Source: Eledone cirrhosa (Eukaryota). From it: 64,000 bases of DNA. Shown one piece after another: positions 54,388 through 64,000 of this stretch; the first letter of the stretch is position 1; each line of letters starts with the position of its first letter. The position numbers were made by a program, and so were the translations under genes. Under the pieces are notes generated by a model. The model was given only the letters and a program-made list of their open reading frames with translations, had not been told where the DNA came from and did not search any database. Where the stretch lies: positions 132,533 through 196,532 of the forward strand of contig CAXHJY010001514.1 in assembly GCA_964016885.1 (NCBI GenBank), given 5' to 3'.

Positions 54388-56252
54388 TTGAAATTTCAGT
54401 TAGAAACAGAAAAGGTCATAGAAATGAAGAGTGCTCTATGTCAGTATCAAAGCAAAATTTAATGTATAAAATCAATACAATATAATTACCACATTACCAG
54501 ACGTTTCCCGAACGAGGCGAATACGAAATAAACGACTTCATTCGTTCGTCAGACGAGGCAATATAAAACATCGGTAAATACTTAGAAAAACACATCAAGA
54601 AAATCAAAAAAATATATAGATAAATGAAATAGAAATTGAAATATATAAAAATCTATCAAGAAAAATAGTTAGGTGTGTGTATGTGTATGTATATACGCTC
54701 ACAGATGTGCATATATGTATATGTGCACATGTAAATGTATAGTTAGAAAGTGTGCGTAATTATAAAAATTTAGGGCAAGTGTATCTATATGTCTGTATTA
54801 TACAGACAGAAATGGTTACATCGTAAATATAAGAATATAAAGTCGCGCGCATAAAAACGCCTGGACACTCGTACACTTAGATGCGGAAAGAAAGGAGGTA
54901 AAGAGTGTATAATAATTAAAAGAAAAGTATCGGTCTTACTATATTTATAAAAATATAGTAACGATAAATTAGAAAGAAAAGATAGAAAGAAAAAATTAAA
55001 GAAAACAAAAAGGGGGGGGGGGGGTACATACATACACAGACACGCGTGTCTCACAAAAGAAATGTAAAAATAATTATGCTTATATACACACGCGCAATTA
55101 CACTTCCATACGTTCGATACGTACATACACACACACACACACACATACTTATACTAGCGCATATAAACCTATTTGCATGCCCACGTAAGAAACTGAGTAA
55201 GTAACAAAAGAGGGAAGGGGGGGGAGAAGAAAAAAGGAACAAAAACATAAAAACGAAAAGTCAAAAACACGGATATAAAGACAACTACACATACGCATAA
55301 TATATACATACACACACACACAAACACCTATACACACACACATACATACGCGCACATATATATATATATATATATATACACATACATACACGCACGCGCG
55401 CGCACATACGTAGTCACTCATGTACATATATAAAAAGTATACACGCATTAAGGGCGTTCAGCCATATTGAAATGTGGATAAATAAGTACAAGTATAAAAT
55501 TGTAAGATAGGCTGCGCAAAAATAAAATAAAAATAAAAATGAAAAATATATCTGGATTGAAAAACACAAAAGACAAGTGTAATCAGTTAGTGGAGGAAAA
55601 GGGAAGTAAAAGAAGGGGAAGTAAAAAATAGAAAATAGGGAGTGGATCGGAGAATAAAGGGGGGGGGGGGGGTAAAAATAAATAAAAGTGAAAATAAATG
55701 AAATTATTGACAAGGATAAGAATGAAAGTAAGTCAGAAAGGGTAATTAAAAGAGAATAATAAGAGTTTATGGAGGATAAGTATCTGAAAGTGTGTTAAGT
55801 CTATATGAGCTGGAAAGCAGGTGTGATTTCATGTGTGGGCAACTGGTAAAAACCTCCGTCTTTGTGTTCAGGCAGGTCTTTGGTGATTTAAGATTTTGCA
55901 ATATCCAAAATTTTTCGTTTATGCAGAGCGTGCATTTTCTTGTTCCTCTAGCATATTTTTTAGATTGGTTCAAATTGACCAATCTAGTTTATATTGGATG
56001 CCTTGGTCTTTCAAATCCAGATTCCGCTAGCCAGAGCCACTGTAAATCTTCCTCTGGATGTCGAAAGGATGCGACATGTGAGTAATAACGCGTTTTGAAT
56101 CTGTCTTGCGTCATACTCACATATCGTTCACTGGTGACTGGATGGTTGTTGCTGATGGTTGTCACTTTAGCTGCATATACAATGGCTTTGGTGTTGCATT
56201 TACCTTGTAATGGGCATTCACTTTTGATTCTACAGGAGCAAGTTTGATTTTC
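54388..56252 (-). mobile_element. 5'-truncated Penelope-like element (GIY-YIG plus long 3' UTR with degenerate hammerhead 54487-54560)
   Basis: minus strand reads [23 protein letters not shown]...FKTRYYSH...KCTLCINEK...CPH; tgcctcgt CTGACGA...GAAA cgtctgg TA atgtggta. Confidence 0.85.
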
Positions 56253-56465
56253 TATATGTATGTATATAAATATATATGTATATATATATATATATGTATT
56301 TATATATATATATGTATATATATATATATGTATGTATATATATATATATGTAAATATATATGTATATATATATGTATATGTATATATATGTATATATATA
56401 TATATGTATATATATGTATGTATATATATGTATATATATATGTATATATATATATATGTATATAA

Positions 56466-56499
<34 letters not shown>

Positions 56500-56659
56500 T
56501 TCGTTTCTGAATTTGTTTAGCAAGATTCTTTATCTGAAATCGTGTGTTGAAACCGATATTGTTATACTTTGGGTGGGTCATGTTGCCATGTTTCTTTGGG
56601 AGGGTCATGTTGCCATGTTTCTTATTGTCAACATGACCCTCCCAAGGTATAACAATATA

Positions 56660-56841
56660 TATGGGAGCCCCTACATGGACACACTAGAAGAGGAAGACCA
56701 AGGTTAACATATGTTGATGCCCTAAGGACAGACGCTGGTCTGTTGGAGATGCAGGATATGGCAGCGATAATGAGGGACAGAGACCGCTGGAGAGAACTCG
56801 TCCATGGATCTCGGGAATTTTACCCGCCTTAGATAGATAGA
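56660..56841 (+). mobile_element. RTE-type LINE 3' end with (TAGA)n tail
   Basis: [21 protein letters not shown]...[11 protein letters not shown]. Confidence 0.8.
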
Positions 56842-60633
<3,792 letters not shown>

Positions 60634-60781
60634 AAATTTCGTTTTCATTTTGTTTCAATTTATCGTTTTCGGTATGCCTAACCGATTTAACTCACTCAAT
60701 ATGCAAATTAGGCTGCTCAGCCGTTAATTTTCATAAGGAAAGTATATACTTTCGAACGTTCAACTATCTGGCAGATGGGTA

Positions 60782-60826
60782 AACGGTGCTGATGATAGCT
60801 AACAAGCTTGAAACTAGTACATCGTT
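60782..60826 (+). ncRNA. minimal type I hammerhead, unit 1
   Basis: aacggtg CTGATGA tagctaacaagctt GAAA ctag TA catcgtt. Confidence 0.87.
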
Positions 60827-60980
60827 CCTGTGTCAGTGTTGAACAAAAAGGTGACGTGGTTGCCTTAACACCGTATGGCATAAATTTAGGCTGTTCAGTT
60901 TGTTTACAAACGAACAAAGCGACGTTAGCGCCGCTAAACTGATACGTGCATATATGTATGTGTACCTGTATGCATATGTA

Positions 60981-61017
<37 letters not shown>

Positions 61018-61246
61018 GTGCATGCTACTGTACGTCTGTATACATATATGTATGTACGTATACATGCATACTTACATTTAAGTAAGTGCCATACTAAGAG
61101 TGAGAAATGAAATTTTGTTTCAATTTATCGTTTTCGGTATGCCTAACCGATTTAACTCACTCAATATGCAAATTAGGCTGCTCAGCCGTTAATTTTCATA
61201 AGGAAAGTATATACTTTCGAACGTTCAACTATCTGGCAGATGGGTA

Positions 61247-61291
61247 AACGGTGCTGATGATAGCTAACAAGCTTGAAACTAGTACATCGTT
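61247..61291 (+). ncRNA. minimal type I hammerhead, unit 2
   Basis: identical to unit 1. Confidence 0.87.
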
Positions 61292-61445
61292 CCTGTGTCA
61301 GTGTTGAACAAAAAGGTGACGTGGTTGCCTTAACACCGTATGGCATAAATTCAGGCTGTTCAGTTTGTTTACAAACGAACAAAGCGACGTTAGCGCCGCT
61401 AAACTGATACGTGCATATATGTATGTGTACCTGTATGCATATGTA

Positions 61446-61487
<42 letters not shown>

Positions 61488-61724
61488 CATGCTACTGTAC
61501 GTCTGTATACATATATGTATGTACGTATACATGCATACTTACATTTAAGTAAGTGCCATACTAAGAGTGAGAAATGAAATTTCGTTTTCATTTTGTTTCA
61601 ATTTATCGTTTTCGGTATGCCTAACCGATTTAACTCACTCAATATGCAAATTAGGCTGCTCAGCCGTTAATTTTCATAAGGAAAGTATATACTTTCGAAC
61701 GTTCAACTATCTGGCAGATGGGTA

Positions 61725-61769
61725 AACGGTGCTGATGATAGCTAACAAGCTTGAAACTAGTACATCGTT
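61725..61769 (+). ncRNA. minimal type I hammerhead, unit 3
   Basis: identical to unit 1. Confidence 0.87.
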
Positions 61770-61923
61770 CCTGTGTCAGTGTTGAACAAAAAGGTGACGT
61801 GGTTGCCTTAACACCGTATGGCATAAATTCAGGCTGTTCAGTTTGTTTACAAACGAACAAAGCGACGTTAGCGCCGCTAAACTGATACGTGCATATATGT
61901 ATGTGTACCTGTATGCATATGTA

Positions 61924-61960
<37 letters not shown>

Positions 61961-62201
61961 GTGCATGCTACTGTACGTCTGTATACATATATGTATGTAC
62001 GTATACATGCATACTTACATTTAAGTAAGTGCCATACTAAGAGTGAGAAATGAAATTTCGTTTTCATTTTGTTTCAATTTATCGTTTTCGGTATGCCTAA
62101 CCGATTTAACTCACTCAATATGCAAATTAGGCTGCTCAGCCGTTAATTTTCATAAGGAAAGTATATACTTTCGAACGTTCAACTATCTGGCAGATGGGGT
62201 A

Positions 62202-62246
62202 AACGGTGCTGATGATAGCTAACAAGCTTGAAACTAGTACATCGTT
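62202..62246 (+). ncRNA. minimal type I hammerhead, unit 4
   Basis: identical to unit 1. Confidence 0.87.
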
Positions 62247-62400
62247 CCTGTGTCAGTGTTGAACAAAAAGGTGACGTGGTTGCCTTAACACCGTATGGCA
62301 TAAATTCAGGCTGTTCAGTTTGTTTACAAACGAACAAAGCGACGTTAGCGCCGCTAAACTGATACGTGCATATATGTATGTGTACCTGTATGCATATGTA

Positions 62401-62437
<37 letters not shown>

Positions 62438-62677
62438 GTGCATGCTACTGTACGTCTGTATACATATATGTATGTACGTATACATGCATACTTACATTTA
62501 AGTAAGTGCCATACTAAGAGTGAGAAATGAAATTTCGTTTTCATTTTGTTTCAATTTATCGTTTTCGGTATGCCTAACCGATTTAACTCACTCAATATGC
62601 AAATTAGGCTGCTCAGCCGTTAATTTTCATAAGGAAAGTATATACTTTCGAACGTTCAACTATCTGGCAGATGGGTA

Positions 62678-62722
62678 AACGGTGCTGATGATAGCTAACA
62701 AGCTTGAAACTAGTACATCGTT
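62678..62722 (+). ncRNA. minimal type I hammerhead, unit 5
   Basis: identical to unit 1. Confidence 0.87.
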
Positions 62723-62876
62723 CCTGTGTCAGTGTTGAACAAAAAGGTGACGTGGTTGCCTTAACACCGTATGGCATAAATTCAGGCTGTTCAGTTTGTT
62801 TACAAACGAACAAAGCGACGTTAGCGCCGCTAAACTGATACGTGCATATATGTATGTGTACCTGTATGCATATGTA

Positions 62877-62918
<42 letters not shown>

Positions 62919-63037
62919 CATGCTACTGTACGTCTGTATACATATATGTATGTACGTATACATGCATACTTACATTTAAGTAAGTGCCATACTAAGAGTG
63001 AGAAATGAAATTTCGTTTTCATTTTGTTTCAATTTAT

Positions 63038-63938
<901 letters not shown>

Positions 63939-64000
63939 TTTCGTTTCTGAATTTGTTTAGCAAGATTCTTTATCTGAAATCGTGTGTTGAAACCGATATT

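Larger units (their letters stand above)
60634..63037 (+). mobile_element. tandem array of five ~477-bp hammerhead-containing units (retrozyme-like)
   Basis: hammerhead cores at 60789, 61254, 61732, 62209, 62685; near-identical units; 30-nt terminal redundancy; embedded in (TA)n. Confidence 0.9.

Noticed and set aside
60717-62963. Repeated minus-strand ORF in the 477-bp units
   Set aside because: Starts within TA tracts, varies in frame between units, frameshifted in unit 4, no recognisable domain

Overview
AT-rich, microsatellite-laden eukaryotic genomic DNA; the repeat landscape suggests an octopus or related cephalopod (inference). The + strand carries the last nine coding exons (1180-44247, about 800 codons, splice phases all consistent) of a bHLH-PAS transcription factor of the trachealess/NPAS1/NPAS3 family; its bHLH exons lie upstream of the window. 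Introns and 3' flank are filled with minisatellites, CR1- and RTE-type LINE fragments, tRNA-derived SINEs, MITEs and three Penelope-like retroelements (PLEs), one with an uninterrupted RT+GIY-YIG ORF. The most notable signal is an RNA-based mobile system: at least 15 minimal type I hammerhead ribozyme motifs from several families. They include (i) a head-to-tail array of five ~477-bp non-coding units at 60634-63037, each with one hammerhead (a retrozyme-like, putative circular-RNA element) with diverged relatives at 51445-52126 and 20959-21244; (ii) asymmetric palindromic PLE end fragments inserted in (TA)n, where one arm carries an extra ~85-155 nt tail; and (iii) sense-strand ribozymes inside the introns of the transcription factor gene.
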